A stretch of DNA of 64,000 bases from Azolla caroliniana. Its lineage: Eukaryota > Plantae > Polypodiophyta. Location: contig JBHGNT010000008.1 of the NCBI GenBank assembly GCA_043228905.1, positions 1,240,001 through 1,304,000 on the forward strand. Direction: 5' to 3'. Shown in pieces: positions 1-17,516 of the stretch (within the stretch, counting starts at the first letter, position 1; every line of letters starts with the position of its first letter). The notes below the pieces were generated by a model. The model was not told the DNA's origin, made no database searches, and saw only the letters and a list, made by a program, of their open reading frames with translations. The translations under genes were made by a program, and so were the position numbers.

Positions 1-530
1 CGAAAATACTCTAGACTTAGAACTAACTTCCCTAACTTTCCATTGCAAGACTGCAATGTTTTAAAGAGGAGGAGTATGTTACGGGCATGACCATATAATA
101 TCCTATGGTGTGAATTTACCGTAGTATTCTATACATGTGGATAAGTGTGAGGATTAAATGAGAGTGTAAAGAAGGGGAGGATTACTTTTAATCCTCGGGA
201 TTGAGACAACCCATTAGGCCAAGTGTGAACTTGTTTGGGGGCCTTGGGTCTCGCCATAAATATGAGGCCTAGCTACCCTCATTTAATCATCTCTTGACTA
301 CGTCGAGACTCTGTTTCATTGTGGGTCAACTCTTGTAGCGAGTGCGCCAGCACCAGGTACGACTCGACGCCACGATGGTGGTATGGGACGCCGATCGAGG
401 CTCGAGTCCGTCTCAATCCCTTTGCTCGGGGCTGGTCGGCTGGATCGGCACCCTTCTTTCTCTCTCTCCTTTCTTATTTCATATATATTATATCCTTATC
501 ATATGCTTACACTAGAACATCACTCTAACA
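1..530 (+). mobile_element. 3' end of a chromodomain Ty3/gypsy element: integrase tail, PPT (about 63-76) and 3' LTR (77-530)
   Basis: AAAGAGGAGGAGTA is followed by TGTTACGGGCATGAC...CTCTAACA. Colinear with the LTRs at 43714-44168 and 50259-50713 but more diverged. The upstream sequence encodes NFPNFPLQDCNV, like the integrase end near 50200. Confidence 0.9.
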
Positions 531-678
531 AGAATGCTTATATCAATATCTTCGCCATCTCCTTCGCCATCAATCCCGTAATGCTCATCATCTTCATCAT
601 TACACCATGATTACCAATCCATCAATAACCCTAAACCTATAACAATCCCAACCATCCTATTGTACATGGAGCATTATA

Positions 679-923
679 TTTTAGAATGATACGGGTTTAG
701 CTAATTAGCTTTTGACCTTAATCATTGTTAAGCCCCAATGGAAGACTAAGGGGAGAAAGAAAGAAAGATATATTAACGTCTTCTAAGACCAAATTTGGTT
801 TGATTTTAGAGTGATATGGGTTTAGCTAATTAGCTTTTGACCTTAATCATTGTTAAGCCCCAATGGAAGACTAATGGGAGAAAGAAAGAAAGATATATTA
901 ACGTCTTCTAAGACGAAATTTGG
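679..923. repeat. Tandem duplication, 2 x about 125 bp
   Basis: TTTTAGA(A/G)TGATA(C/T)GGGTTTAGCT...AAATTTGG occurs twice head to tail. Confidence 0.9.
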
Positions 924-932
924 CCGTCAAAA

Positions 933-1006
933 TGCTTTCATTGAGAGTTGAACTCAACACCTCCCGCTTACTAAGCGGGTGCTCTAACCAACTGAGCTAT
1001 GAAAGC
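933..1006 (-). tRNA. tRNA-Thr(AGT)
   Basis: Minus strand reads GCTTTCATAGCTCAGTTGGTTAGAGCACCCGCTTAGTAAGCGGGAGGTGTTGAGTTCAACTCTCAATGAAAGCA. Full cloverleaf, anticodon AGT, TTTT terminator immediately 3'. Matches the plant cytosolic Thr-AGT type. Confidence 0.95.
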
Positions 1007-1238
1007 AACTGTTAAATAAATAATCTATTAGTAAGTGAAAGGAGAAGCCAAGAAAGAAGAAGAGCTCGAAAAGTCACAACAAGTGTGACTTTTATAGCCT
1101 TTTACAATGAGGTTGGGCTTCTTTCACAGTAGGTTGACCATTTGACTATAACCTTTCTAGTGAGATTTCTATCCCCTATTTCTTAGTGTCTTCTTGACCT
1201 TGATGTATGTTGTTTGTTATCGGCTTAGGATAACACGG

Positions 1239-2319
1239 TGTCGAATATTTGGTCCTTTGGCTATTCGACCTCAAGGTATTATGTTCGGGGAAAAAGGAAA
1301 GTTCGCTCCGCTTCAGACTATTTGAAAACTTTCGAACTAGAGAATATTACGTATGAATCGAACTCAGGTTGTGCAACTGCGGAGCTAAATGAGCCAGCTA
1401 CAACGGACTGTAACGCACAAGTACAAAGAACGTGGAACTCAACACAGAGGAATTACAACACAGATTCAGACTCAAGAGTATCGGAGGAAATCATAATTAT
1501 ATTATATGCGCAAAGATACAACGTTCAATCAAATTTTACATGCTTCCCATGGCCCTTTATATAGGGCTCAGGTTGTGCGTGAACCGTTAAATCTATTCAA
1601 TAGTTTTACTATTTTACGACTCTCTATTTACTACTTCTTTAATTACTCGGCCCTACCCATTCCTCTTTACGCTTTGTAACCATTATTCACCCTGTTTACA
1701 CTTGGTCATCCAAACTTGCCAACACATGCATGCTCGTGCGACAGTGCATGCACGGTCCAACCCACGGGCCAGGCTTCGGATCCGGCTCTGCTCGGTTGGC
1801 GTCGATTCGGGTTCGCGTTGTTGGTTCAGGGTTGGCTTCGGATCCGGCTTGGCGGCTTGTTCCTCCTGTAGTGGTTGCATCTGAAGGAGTTTCACTCAAA
1901 CAAAAACAGAAAATGAAGAACACACGATTTACGTGGAAAACCCTGATTTCAGGGAAAAACCATGGGAATAGGAAATTTCACTATGAGCAATTACAGAATA
2001 CAATCACAGAACAATAAAACCTGATTTGGTATGGGAGTGTGCTGAAACCACGATTTTAGCCGAGCGCATCCAAACCCTAGCACATAGACGTCTATTCCTT
2101 TTGAAGCTTCCCAAGCTTCTCTGTCTTTCACTCTCTATTTCTCTTTTGATTCTCTCTTCTTTTCTTCTCTCTTAGCTTCTGAGTACGTATACTCTTACAC
2201 AGGCACTACTGTGTAGAAAAAACTCGGTCGTTCTCAGAGTTACGCATACAATACAACTCATTTTTCCCTCATACATATATACTGTCAGGCCTATTGGCAT
2301 ATATATACTAGGTCATTTC
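1239..2319 (-). mobile_element. Degenerate LTR fragments: possible solo LTR 1239-1724 and a Tork-type LTR piece from about 1882
   Basis: TGTCG...CAACA ends with a TATA on the minus strand. The ACGTGGAAAACC...AAAAACCATGGG motif is shared with the copia LTRs at 16704 and 22272. The putative TSD matches only 3/5. Confidence 0.4.
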
Positions 2320-3054
2320 TGTTGGGAAACAGGTCCCTCCGGATGGGAAGTGAGAAGAACAGTACTGATGAGCAAACTCCGATATGTGGAGTACCCAACT
2401 ACGGAAGACCCGGTGAGAACCGGATGAAGAGTACCCAGCTACAAAAGACCCGGTGAAAACCGGATGAGGAGTACCCAGCTACGGAAGACCCAGTGAGAAC
2501 CGGATGAAGAGTACCCAGCTACGGAAGACCCGGTGAGAACCGAATGAAGAGTGCCAGGCAAGATCCGGATGATGCAGGCCCAATGAGGAGCGCTCACCGG
2601 ATGAAGGGACATATTCGTAAATATGTCTTTTGAGAGTCCATCGGAGCTATATTTGTAAATAGCCAAAAAGTCATATTAGTATAAATATGACTTAGGGCAA
2701 ACTTATTGAAAAGTAGTGGTTGTCATTCTTGTTGGTGCAAGATTTGAACGCATAACTATGTACAGAGAGAGAGAGAGAGAGGAAGAGGTCGTTGCCTCTG
2801 TTGTAACTGCCGTCTGTGGCGAAGATAGCAAGCTTGAGGTCGTTGCCTCGGTGCTTTACTGTTGTACATTCTGATATAGTGATAGTTTGCAGTCTGTGGG
2901 CTGTCGTGGTTTTTCCCTAGTTTGGGTTTTCCACGCTAACATCCTGTGTACTCCTCTCTCCATTGTGTCATGCTTTCATTTCCTGTTTTCTGTGTATGAT
3001 TCTAAGCTCGGTTGTGGCTGAGCATTGCGCATTGGGAGCGTGCAGTTCCTGTCA
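2320..3054 (+). mobile_element. Solo LTR of the Tork-like copia family of 11872-17516, with 4 x 40-bp internal repeats
   Basis: TGTTGGGAAACAGGTCCC...GTTCCTGTCA is the reverse complement of LTR 16704-17516. Flanks ATTTC/AATTC match 4/5 as a TSD. Confidence 0.9.
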
Positions 3055-3059
3055 AATTC

Positions 3060-5400
3060 TTCTTTATCTGTAAGAAGGCATATGTATATGTATATGTGTC
3101 CATTTGATTGAGTACGAATTCGGCTTTCTCACCGAATTCGGTCAATTGACCCCCGATTCGGTTCTTCGGCAAACCGACCATTCTTTTGCTCTCCGACCAA
3201 CTTCGGCCAAATTCGGTAATCCAACTATTTTCAGCTTTTCGGTTGTTTTCGGTAATCCGACACATTTCGGCTTCTCAACCGATTTCGACCAGGCGACTCT
3301 TAAGTCGACTTTTCGGCCGACTCCCCTACAAGGAGGCACACCTTTAAACAACAACATCGTCATCTTCGGGAATTCCTTGGTCAAACGCTGCTTCGTAATT
3401 TCTACGTCGAGGAGGGGGTGCGAGGGTTGCTCGTTGGATTCACTCTTGAGGAGCAGTATTGCCTCCGACACCTTCTCAATGTCTTGCTCCTTTTCTGCCT
3501 CTACCCGTTCGGTCTCATAGACCTCCATTTCCAATGCGAAGTCTATTTGATCTTCGTTGAAAGCCTGTAGGAGTTGCATGACTTTCTCTATGTGACGCAC
3601 CACAAGCACATTGTAACCCTCCGTGAGGTTGGCCCGAACGGTGCCCATGCTTTCTTCGTCAAGCTTATAAAAGTTGTGACCATTCTTCCTTGAATTCTCT
3701 TGGTCCACTAGAAAGGTGTGGCGTTTGGCAACTTATGTGTACGAGTGCTCCTAGCCTCTTTGTAGCCGATCGGTTATCATTTGGTGGGCGCTTTCTTTGC
3801 GTCTCTTGAGTAGTGCTTGGATTTCCGTTTTCGTGTGCATGTGCTTGATGGTGGTTTCGGCTGTTTGAGTTTGCTTGTGGCGTGGCCTGATTGTAATGCA
3901 TACCTATCTTGGATGAGGCCCATGTTTGTCTACAAGATGTCCATCTCCTTTGTGTGCATGTCCTCCATCCAAGCCATTTCGTTCTGTATGCGGAGTTGGA
4001 TTTCCTCCGCCAAATTATTTTCAGCTAACATCTGCTCTTCATACCATTCTTTTTGTTTTAACTTTGCCTCGCAAAGTTCTGCTATCGCTTTTTCAGTGTG
4101 AGAGGTAGCATCCTTTTGTTTGTCCAAAAGTTGTGAATGTTTGGTTGTGCGCGATCATGAACGCGTCGAGCTTGTCCTAGAGAGCCTTCACATTTTTCCT
4201 AGTCGTGGTCCGAACACCTTTTTCGTGGTCCAATGACTAGCTAAGCTCTGACCAGAGTTGCTCGATCTCTGATTCCGCCAACGTTGTTGCTTTCTCCTTG
4301 GCCGCTATCGCTTGTTGTGCCTATATCTCCTCGCGTAGTGCATGGTTGTTCTCCGTGGAGAAACCTTCTGTGGGGCCTGCGGATGTGGCGCTTCACAGTT
4401 GGAGTTGTAGTTTGGCCATATTTTCTCGCAGCGCTTGTATCTGCCGCTTGTGCTCATTCTCCGTTTTTGTCGATTTCTTGTCCTTGTAAGCCATGTTCTT
4501 TGCACCAAGTCACACCTGAGCCAACTCTTGGTGAACTTCAACCAGGGCCATGTGTAGTGCTGGCAATTCTATTGTCATGTGCTCATCGTCTGCGTGCCGT
4601 TTTCGACCGATTTTGTTCAAGGCGTTCTCTTCTTTCGGTTCAATGAGTCCAGCGAGTGCGCACTAGATCATTTGTCTCTCAGCATGTTCTTCGGCTAGAT
4701 TCTTGGTTGCGGTGACTTAATGTATTTTCTAGAACTGTAACATTGCCGCAAATTCATGTGCAACGGCTGAGATTTCTTTGTAGGCAAGGACTTCGCTCTT
4801 GGAAATTTGGGATCCCTTCCCTCGTTCTAGCTTCCCGATCAATGTCGTTCCTTCGGTCATGTCCGGTACGATTGTTTCAATGATTTGATTGGTGCCTTGT
4901 GGCCTATTGTGTGGTTGCATCCTTTGCTAGGCCTTGGCCGTTTTTTCGATCCAAATGACGACGCTTCAGCTTTGGGCTTTGAGGAGGCTCATCCCTATTC
5001 TATTTGCTCCTCAGGAGTTCCGCCTCCGCAGTTTCCATTTGTCACTCCGCGGACATGAAGGTGTCGGCTGCCGATTTCACCAGCCCGGTCAGCGCGGGTT
5101 TTTGTGGCCACTCCGTTTCTTCATCCTGCCATTCGCTCATGTGGAAGTCACTGAGTCGCATCTTCCGACCGGAGATAGGCATCTGTGTCGCCACTTGGCT
5201 GGCCGGATTGGGGGGTGGAAGTGTTGAGACGGGCTGAAACAATATTGTTAAGTAATGTGTGATGATGGGGACCATTTTCTTCCCCGCTTGTAGGGCGATG
5301 AGCCCAACCCGTAAGGCCACACCTGTAACATATCCCCAATCGATGGCCTTGTTAAATCTCAGCAAGTTTTATATGCTATTTCAACCATGTGATACTAACG
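3060..5400 (-). pseudogene. Fragmented coiled-coil ORF, probably the accessory ORF and 3' region of a degraded gypsy element (Tat/Athila-like)
   Basis: Chain of broken minus-strand ORFs (5365-5042, 4920-4729, 4127-3930, 3708-3142) rich in E/K/Q heptads. It ends at a TGTAGGG LTR-like start near 3330. No domain was recognised with certainty. Confidence 0.4.
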
Positions 5401-7679
5401 TATCAAGTTTCTAAAAACTACCTAAAATTGCAAGATTATAAAAGGAATCTATAAGTGAAATGCACAATCCGAACGTGTTAGAAATCAATTAACACTGAGT
5501 AGAAATCAAGGTTGGGCCCTAGACCGGGAATAGAGCTTCAAGCTCAGCACACATACATACACACAGGTGAGCCTCTGGTCAGGAGCACATGGGCTACCTA
5601 CGCGAGCAGAGGCCTCACACCACCTGACTAAATAAGCAGAAAAGAAAATCCCCAACACTCGACAACATAGTCCGACAGCACCTTCCCCTCCAAAATGATT
5701 GATCCCCCATTTTACAAACACCTTCCCTTCCTTTCATAGCTCCAAGGAGAGGGTGGATCGACGTTACATCAGGTTGTTATCTCCGTCGTTTTTGTTAGAG
5801 ATTTCCACCCATCACTCACTATAAATCCCCTCTTTTTATGGGATTATAAAAGTACTTATTAAAATACCCTACCTTGTACTTATTAATACTTAAATATTTA
5901 CATTTGTTTGCACATAAGACCAAATTCATGTGCATATATGCACACTACATGTTCACACACATCCTACAGACCTTTCTCTTAGTGACCAGAATCCTCCACG
6001 ACAACGTCTATTATCTTTCAAAGACAACCACTGTAAGATAACAATTTTCAAGAGCAAGGAGGAACAACCTATAGTTTATCTCTGTGTTTTTCTGGACCTT
6101 CACCATTCCCTTATCAACAAATTAGTTTCAACAAATAGAGAGAAAAGAATGCAGTAATCACTTAAATCCTCCCTTCCCAGTGCCCTTGTGCAATGATCTG
6201 ACCCTCTTCTTCGATGAAGTATCCGAGGTGGGTGAACCAAACTTGCATCCTGTTGTCGACAATATGTCCAAGTTCTTTGTGATTGTAGGGACGTGCAATA
6301 TGTTCATCAGTCTTCCCTTCTGTCCAACATGGCTCAAGAAGACATCGCCGACATGTTTGATCAAATGCAAGGTGTCATCACCAATTTTGATGACTCTATG
6401 TTGTTTCGATTCCTCCACATATGATTCAACACTCCACAGTCGACATACCACACCTCGTTCAGTTTTAAGGTGCTCTACTTCATCGAATTTACCTTGTGCT
6501 TCATCATAAAGGTTGGGCCCTTTCCGGCTTCGGGTCCTTCCGACCCTTCAACATAGTGCGATCGTTGCCGATTCCCATGTTCAGCTTTACTCAATACGGA
6601 TTTATCCGAATCGGCCTTCTTTTTCCAACACTCGCTTTCTTTCTGGCCCTTCTAGCCACAATACCAGCATTCCGTCTCAGCTTTCACTTGCCGATTTCCG
6701 GCACTACCTAGACTCTCCTTGCTTCTGGATAGTCTGGAACTATTGTCGGCTTTTCAATTATGCCTGAGTTGTGCTCTTGTCGGCCGCCACCATTGTGTGC
6801 CCATCCACCTCGTCCTCCACTTCCATGGGGTCGATCCGCCTTCGTGTACAACATCTGGTTGTCCGATTGTGTGCTCCTTGACACTTGTGTGGTTCTCTTC
6901 GACCATAAGCATTGAGTGCAGGTCGAAAAATGACCTTGTTGGCTTCTCCCTTCTGCAGATAACCGTCCGGATTGACCTGTACCTCAAAGCTAGACCACCC
7001 AGACAAATCCGTACCATCTCATCCTCGTCTACCATCACGTTGATGGACCCCATGCGTCAGAAATTTCCTTGATTTGGTGGTGTAGTCAGCCACAGTCATA
7101 TCCCTCTATCGGATCATGTTAAGCACCCGGAGTTGTAATTTCCGAGCTCTAGTACTTGTGACAAAAATCTTCTTCAAATTTTCTCAGGCCTCCGTTGAAG
7201 TCTTCGTGTCACAGACATGTCAACAATTTAACTCTTGACCTCTTGTATTATAGTCAAGGGTTATGTTCTAACCAATACATCCAAAGATATGGTCATGTTA
7301 TGTACATCTTAGTAAATTATTAGTAGATTATCTATTTGAAGTTGTAGGAGTCTTTAGAAAGGTCTAGAACTAGAAGGTTCTAAAGGGTTCGAGAATATTC
7401 TAATGCATGTACTTCGACTCACATTATAAATACTTGTAACCACCTTGGTCCCTTTCAAGGAATTCAACACCAGTCATTGACACATCAATCTAGTATTCTC
7501 ATTTCATTCCATCTTGTCTCCTTCATCACTCTCTTCATTCTCTTATGTCATTCCTAGCTTCTTAAGCTCCTCGTCTCGTCGCTCCCAACATCCTAAGTTT
7601 CTAGCCTCATCACGTGGACCCCCACCAAACCGCACATCCTCCGGTACATGCCAAGAAGAGAGTGTGAGATTTCGGCTAC

Positions 7680-11871
<4,192 letters not shown>

Positions 11872-12649
11872 TGACGAGAACTGTACGCTCCGTATACGCA
11901 ACGCTCGGCCACAACCGAGCTTAGAATCATACACAAAAAAAAACGGGAAATAATGAACGACACAAAGAAGAGACGAGTACGCAGGATGTTTACATGGAAA
12001 ACCCGAACTAAGGGATAAACCACGGCAGCCCACAGGCTGCAAACTATCACTATGTTAGAATGTACAACAGTGAGCTCACGGAGGCAACGACCTCGTGCTC
12101 ACGATCCTCGCCACAGGCGGTGGTTACAACAGAGGCAACGACCTCGTTCTCTCTCTCTCTCTGTACACAGTTCCGCGCTCTCTCTCTCCTTGCGCCAACA
12201 AGAAAAATGACAACAACAACAGTTACTAAAAGTTTGCCCTAAATCATATTTATACTAATATGACTTTTCGGCTATTTACAAATATAACCTCAATGGACTC
12301 TCAGAAACATATTTACGAATATGTCTCTTCATCCGGTGAGCACTCCTCACCGGGTCTGCACCATCCGGCTCTCCGTAACCGGGTACTCCTTCCTCATCCG
12401 GTTCTCACCGGGTCTGCACCATCCGGCTCTCCGTAACCGGGTACTCCTCATCCGGTTCTCACCGGGTCTGCACCATCCGGCTCTCCGTAGCCGGGTACTC
12501 CTCATCCGGTCATCACCGGGTCTGCACCATCCGGCTCTCCGTAGCCGGGTACTCCTTATCCGGTCTTCACCGGGTATGCACCGGATGGGAAAGGAGAAGA
12601 ACAGTGCTTATGAACAAACTCCCCCTTCACTCCGGCATGGGGTGTCTTA

Positions 12650-15600
12650 CTAGTCCGATCCTCTTCCGGCATGCATCCATCTTGTCGGGTATCAGCACTT
12701 TGGTCAGCATGTCTGACCTGTTCTCGGCCGTGTGGATCTTCGTCAGTGCAAACTCCTGGTCATCTACTCTTTCCCGGATCCAGTGATATCTTCGTTGGAT
12801 ATGCTTCGTCCGGGAATGGTAGGCCGCATTCTTAGCAAGATGGATGGCACTTTGATTGTCGCAATAGAGCCAATATTCATCTTGCCGGATACCGAGCTCT
12901 CAGATGAAGTCCTTCATCCATAAGATTTCCTTGCCGGCTTCCACAGCTGCCATGTATTCCACCTCCGTGGTTGACAATGCAACCGTCTTCTGCAGCCTCG
13001 ACTGCCACGAAACAGCTCCCCCTGCATATGTCATTACATACCCGGATGTAGACCGGCTGGTATCCACATCAGCCGACATGTCCAAATCGGTGAAACCATC
13101 AAGTTGAGGTTTTCTGGAGCCGAATCGGAGACACATATTTGAAGTGCCCTTCAAATACTAGAGTATCCATTTGACCGCGTTCCAGTGCTCCTTGCCGGGA
13201 TTACTCATGAACCGGCTCACCACTCCGACTGCATATCCTATATCCGGTCGGGTACACACCATTGCGTACATTAAGCTCCCGACGGCAGAGGCATATGGAA
13301 TCTTCATCATATCCGCCTTCTCTGCTTTCGTCTTCGGGCTTTGCTTACCGGATAACCTGTAGTTTGCCGGAAGTGTCGATCCGACCGGTTTCGCATCCGA
13401 CATGTTGAACCGGTGAAGCACCTTTGTCACGTACTTCTCCTGTGACAGCCATAATTGCCTCACTGACCAGTTTTGGATAATATGCATCCCTAGCATCTGC
13501 CTTGCCAAACCCAAGTCTTTCATTGAGAAGGTCCGGTTGAGAGCCTTCTTCAGCATCCGTATTTTGGCTTCGTCCCGTCCGACGATCAACATGTCGTCCA
13601 CGTACAGAAGGAGTATTAGGAAGTCGCCTCCTTCGAACTTCTTCACAAACACGCAGTGATCGGCCTACGTCTTGTGGTACCCTTGATCAGTCATGAAGGA
13701 GTCGAACTTCTAGTACCATTGTCGGGGGGCCTGCTTCAACCCGTAGAGGCTCTTCTTCAACCGGCATACCGGGTGCTCCTTCCCTTTCTCCACGAATCCT
13801 TCCGGTTGCTGCATGTAGATCTCCTCTTCGAGGTCGCCGTGAAGGAATGTCGTCTTCACGTCCAGCTATTCTACCTCAAGGTCCATGCTTGCCGCTATAC
13901 TCAGCACCGTCCGGATGGAGGTCATCTTTACTACCGGGGCAAATATCTCGTCAAAGTCCACGCCCTTTCTCTACTAGAACCCCTTCACCACGATCCTAGC
14001 TTTGTATCTCGGGGGGTTGCCGGCATCTCCCGATTTCAACTTGTACACCCACTTGTTTCGGAGTGCCCGCTTTCCTTTCGGCAACTCCACCAATTCGTAC
14101 GTATGGTTCTCATGCAGGGAATCCATCTCATCCTGCATGGCACTTAACCATTTGCGGCTGTGGGTGTCATCCTTCGCTTCTTCGAAGCTTTCCGGCTCCC
14201 CCTCATCGGTCAGCAAAACATGCTCTGCATCCGGAAATCTCTGGGGCGCCCTTCTCTCTCTGAGAGGATATCTCCGTCTTCAGGCTTCGGTAACCGGCTC
14301 CTCCATATGCTCTTCATCCGAATCTGATTCGGGGTCTTGGTCGGTTCCGGTTTCAACTTCCTCTACTTCTTCTTCAGCCTATTTGGTATCCTCACCGTAA
14401 CCGGCTGGTCCCTCGAGTGCTAACCGGTCTCTTGCCGGTTGGGTCTGCTCATCGTAGAGTCGATCCTTACCGGTCGACTCGGAGTTCATTATCTTCTTTT
14501 CCGACTCCCAGTCGGCGAGCATCTTGTCCTCCATCAAGATAATATCTTGACTCCGGAATACCTTCTTGTCGACCAGGTCCCACACTCGGTAGCCAAACTC
14601 ATCGTCACCGTAACCGAGGAATATGCATGGTCGGGTCTTTGGATCTAACTTTCCTCTCCAATCCTTAGCTACATGCACGTACGCGAGACACCCGAACACC
14701 TTCAGATGCCGGTAGGATACTTCCTTACCGGTCCACACTCTCTATGGCGTGTCTCCGTCCAAGGGTACTGAGGGTGATCTATTTATCACATATGTCGCCG
14801 TCGACAATGCCTCAGCCCAAAACTTCTTGGGTAGTTTTGCATGCGCTAGCATACTCCGGACCCTCTCCATTATGGTCCGGTTCATCCTCTCGGCCAGTCC
14901 GTTTAGTTCCGGCATCTTTGGCACGGTAAATTCGAGCCGGATTCCCTTCGAGCGGTAGTACTCCTCGAACTGCCCCCGGTATTCTCCTCCGTTATCTGCT
15001 CGAACCGCCTTCAGCTTCCGGTCGGTTTCTCTTTCCACTCTCGCGTGGAGCTCTTTGAAGACGGATAGCACCTGATCCTTCGTCTTCAACGGTGTGGCCC
15101 ACAGCTTCCGGTTGTGGTCATCTATGAATGTCACGAAGTACTGCGCTCCGGCATGTGACTTTGTGTCTACCTGACACACATCCGTATGCACCAACTCCAG
15201 TGGTGCAATACGTCTGATCGGTGGCCTTAGTCAGAAGGAGGTCCGGTTTTGCTTACCAGCCAAACAATCAGTGCACTTCTCCAAGTGCACGTTCTTCACT
15301 GGAATGAGGTTGTCATCTGCAAGCCTCTTCATCCCCTTCTCGCTCATATGACACAGCCTCTTGTGCCACAGCTCACTGGCAGTGTCGGATGCAACGTTCA
15401 CTTCTTCCGGACATAACAAGGCATTCATCAGGTACAGTGTGTTGACCTTCCGGGGCCCAAGCTACAATCAGAATCCCTTTGCTGAACTTCATGACACCGT
15501 TCCGAATGCTACCCATGTAGCCTTCATAATCTAGCCGACCGACTGATATCAGGTTCAGACGAACCTCTGGAACGTGTCGGACATCCTTCAGCAGCAACTT

Positions 15601-16674
15601 GCATCCGGTTGGTGTTGTCAGCCACACGTCTCCTATGCCGACAATTCGGCATGTACCTTTATTCCCCATCCGGACACAGCCGTGATCACCGGCTGAGTAG
15701 GATGAGAAGCATTTCCGGTCCGAGGTAAGGTGGAACGACACTCCGGAGTCTACCACCCAGGTCATCTTGTCGCCGGCAAGGTTTTTCTCACACTCCTCGG
15801 TGATGAGCATCAACTCTTCTTCACTTGCCGCGATTTTCGTCGTTCCCTTCCGGTCTGGCCCCCTCCGGTCTTCACCGTTCCGGTCCGGGGTCTGCTTCGA
15901 ATCGGTACCGTCGGTCTCCTTATCCTTTCGGAAATGCCGACAGTTCTTCTGGAAGTGTCCCGGCTTTCCGCAATAGAAGCAAGTGGGTCTTCCCCTTGAC
16001 TTTGACCGCGTCCCCAACTTTTCCCGGTTCTGGGGGCTATGGTTCCTTTGTCTTCCGCGTTCCGATTCGGTAAGGAGCGCTTTGGAGTCGAAGCTCGTAT
16101 CTTTGTCTTTCCGACGCGCCTCCTCATCTAGCAAGCTCGACTTTACTCTTGCTAGAGATAACCACTTTCCTTCCGGCCCGGCGTTGCCCAAAGTGACAAC
16201 CAACGTCTCCCAGTTGTCCGGGAGGGAACCGAGCAGGAGTAGCGCAAGTACCTCATCAGCGAGAGGTACTTCCAATGAAGTTGCCTGGTGGATCAGCCCC
16301 TGGAAGGCATTCATGTGCTCCGCCATGCTAGAGCCATCTTGGTACCGGAGTCTTACCAGCTTCCGGAATATCGAAACCTGATTAACAGCATTTTTGTTTT
16401 GAAACATTATGCCGATCTTCTCCCAGAGCTCATGAGCCTTGCTCTCTTCATTGAAGTTGTTGTACAAGCTCGTGTCGATGAAGCACCGTATGTACGCCGT
16501 TGTCTTCATGTGCATCACCTCCCATATCACGGCGTCGATTTTGTCTGGTCTCTTGTCCCCGAACTGAACCGGCAACCAGAGGTCTTTAACCACGAGCATG
16601 TCCCTCATCTTCGACTTCCACACCGAATAGTTGGAGCCGGTGAGCTTGAACATGCCGCCAAACGATTCATCCAT
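12650..16674 (-). pseudogene. Copia gag-pol polyprotein with premature stops
   Basis: ORF pieces 16746-15373, 15428-15231, 15194-14742, 14738-14379, 14216-13974, 13652-13158 and 13154-12900 follow gag-PR-IN-RT-RH order. Confidence 0.9.
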
Positions 16675-17175
16675 TTTCTGTGTCGTTTCGCTCTGATACC
16701 ACTTGACGGGAACTATACGCTCCGTATACGCAACGCTCGGCCACAACCGAGCTTAGAATCATACACAGGAAAAAACGGGAAATAATGAACGACACAAAGA
16801 AGAGACGAGTACGCAGGATGTTTATGTGGAAAACCCGAACTAAGGGAAAAACCACAGCAGCCCACATGCTGCAAACTATCACTATGTTAGAATGTACAAC
16901 AATGAGCTCACGGAGGCAACGACCTCGTGCTCACAATCCTCGCCACAGGCGACGGTTACAACAGAGGCAACGACCTCGTTCTCTCTCTCTCTCTGTACAC
17001 AGTTCCGCACTCTCTCTCTCCTTGCGCCAACAAGAAAAATGACAACAACAGTTACTAAAAGTTTGCCCTAAGTCATATTTATACTAATGTGACTTTTCGG
17101 CTATTTACAAATATAACCTCGATGGACTCTCAGAAACATATTTACGAATATGTCTCTTCATCCAGTGAGCATTCC

Positions 17176-17433
17176 TCACCGGGTCTGCACCATCCGGCTC
17201 TCCGTAACCGGGTACTCCTTATCCGGTTCTCACCGGGTCTGCACCATCCGGCTCTCCGTAACCGGGTACTCCTCATCCGGTTCTCACCGAGTCTGCACCA
17301 TCCGGCTCTCCGTAGCCGGGTACTCCTCATCCGGTCATCACCAGGTCTGCACCATCCGGCTCTCCGTAGCCGGGTACTCCTTATCCGTTCTTCACTGGGT
17401 CTGCACCATCTGGCTCTCCGTGGCCGGGTACTC
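17176..17433. repeat. 54-bp tandem repeat x about 5 in LTR U3 (also 12347-12580)
   Basis: Unit TCACCGGGTCTGCACCATCCGGCTCTCCGTA(A/G)CCGGGTACTCCT(C/T)ATCCGGT(T/C)N starts at 17176, 17230, 17284, 17338 and 17392. Confidence 0.95.
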
Positions 17434-17516
17434 GTCATACAGTTTCGGCCTCGGTCGAGTTTGTTCATCAACACTGTTCTTCTCCTTTCCCATCCGGAGG
17501 GACCTATCTCCCAACA

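Larger units (their letters stand above)
11872..17516 (-). mobile_element. Full-length Tnt1/Tork-like Ty1/copia; 5' LTR 16704-17516, 3' LTR 11872-12616; defective
   Basis: TG...CA LTRs about 4% diverged by eye. PBS-Met at 16701-16690, PPT GAAGGGGGAGTT at 12628-12617. TSD CATCT/GATCT lies inside the host protease motif. Domains: gag CFYCGKPGHFQKNC, PR WVVDSG, IN VHTDVC/DNGGEY, RT LLYVDDML, RH ALSTTEVEY. Several in-frame TAG stops and a frameshift. Confidence 0.95.
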
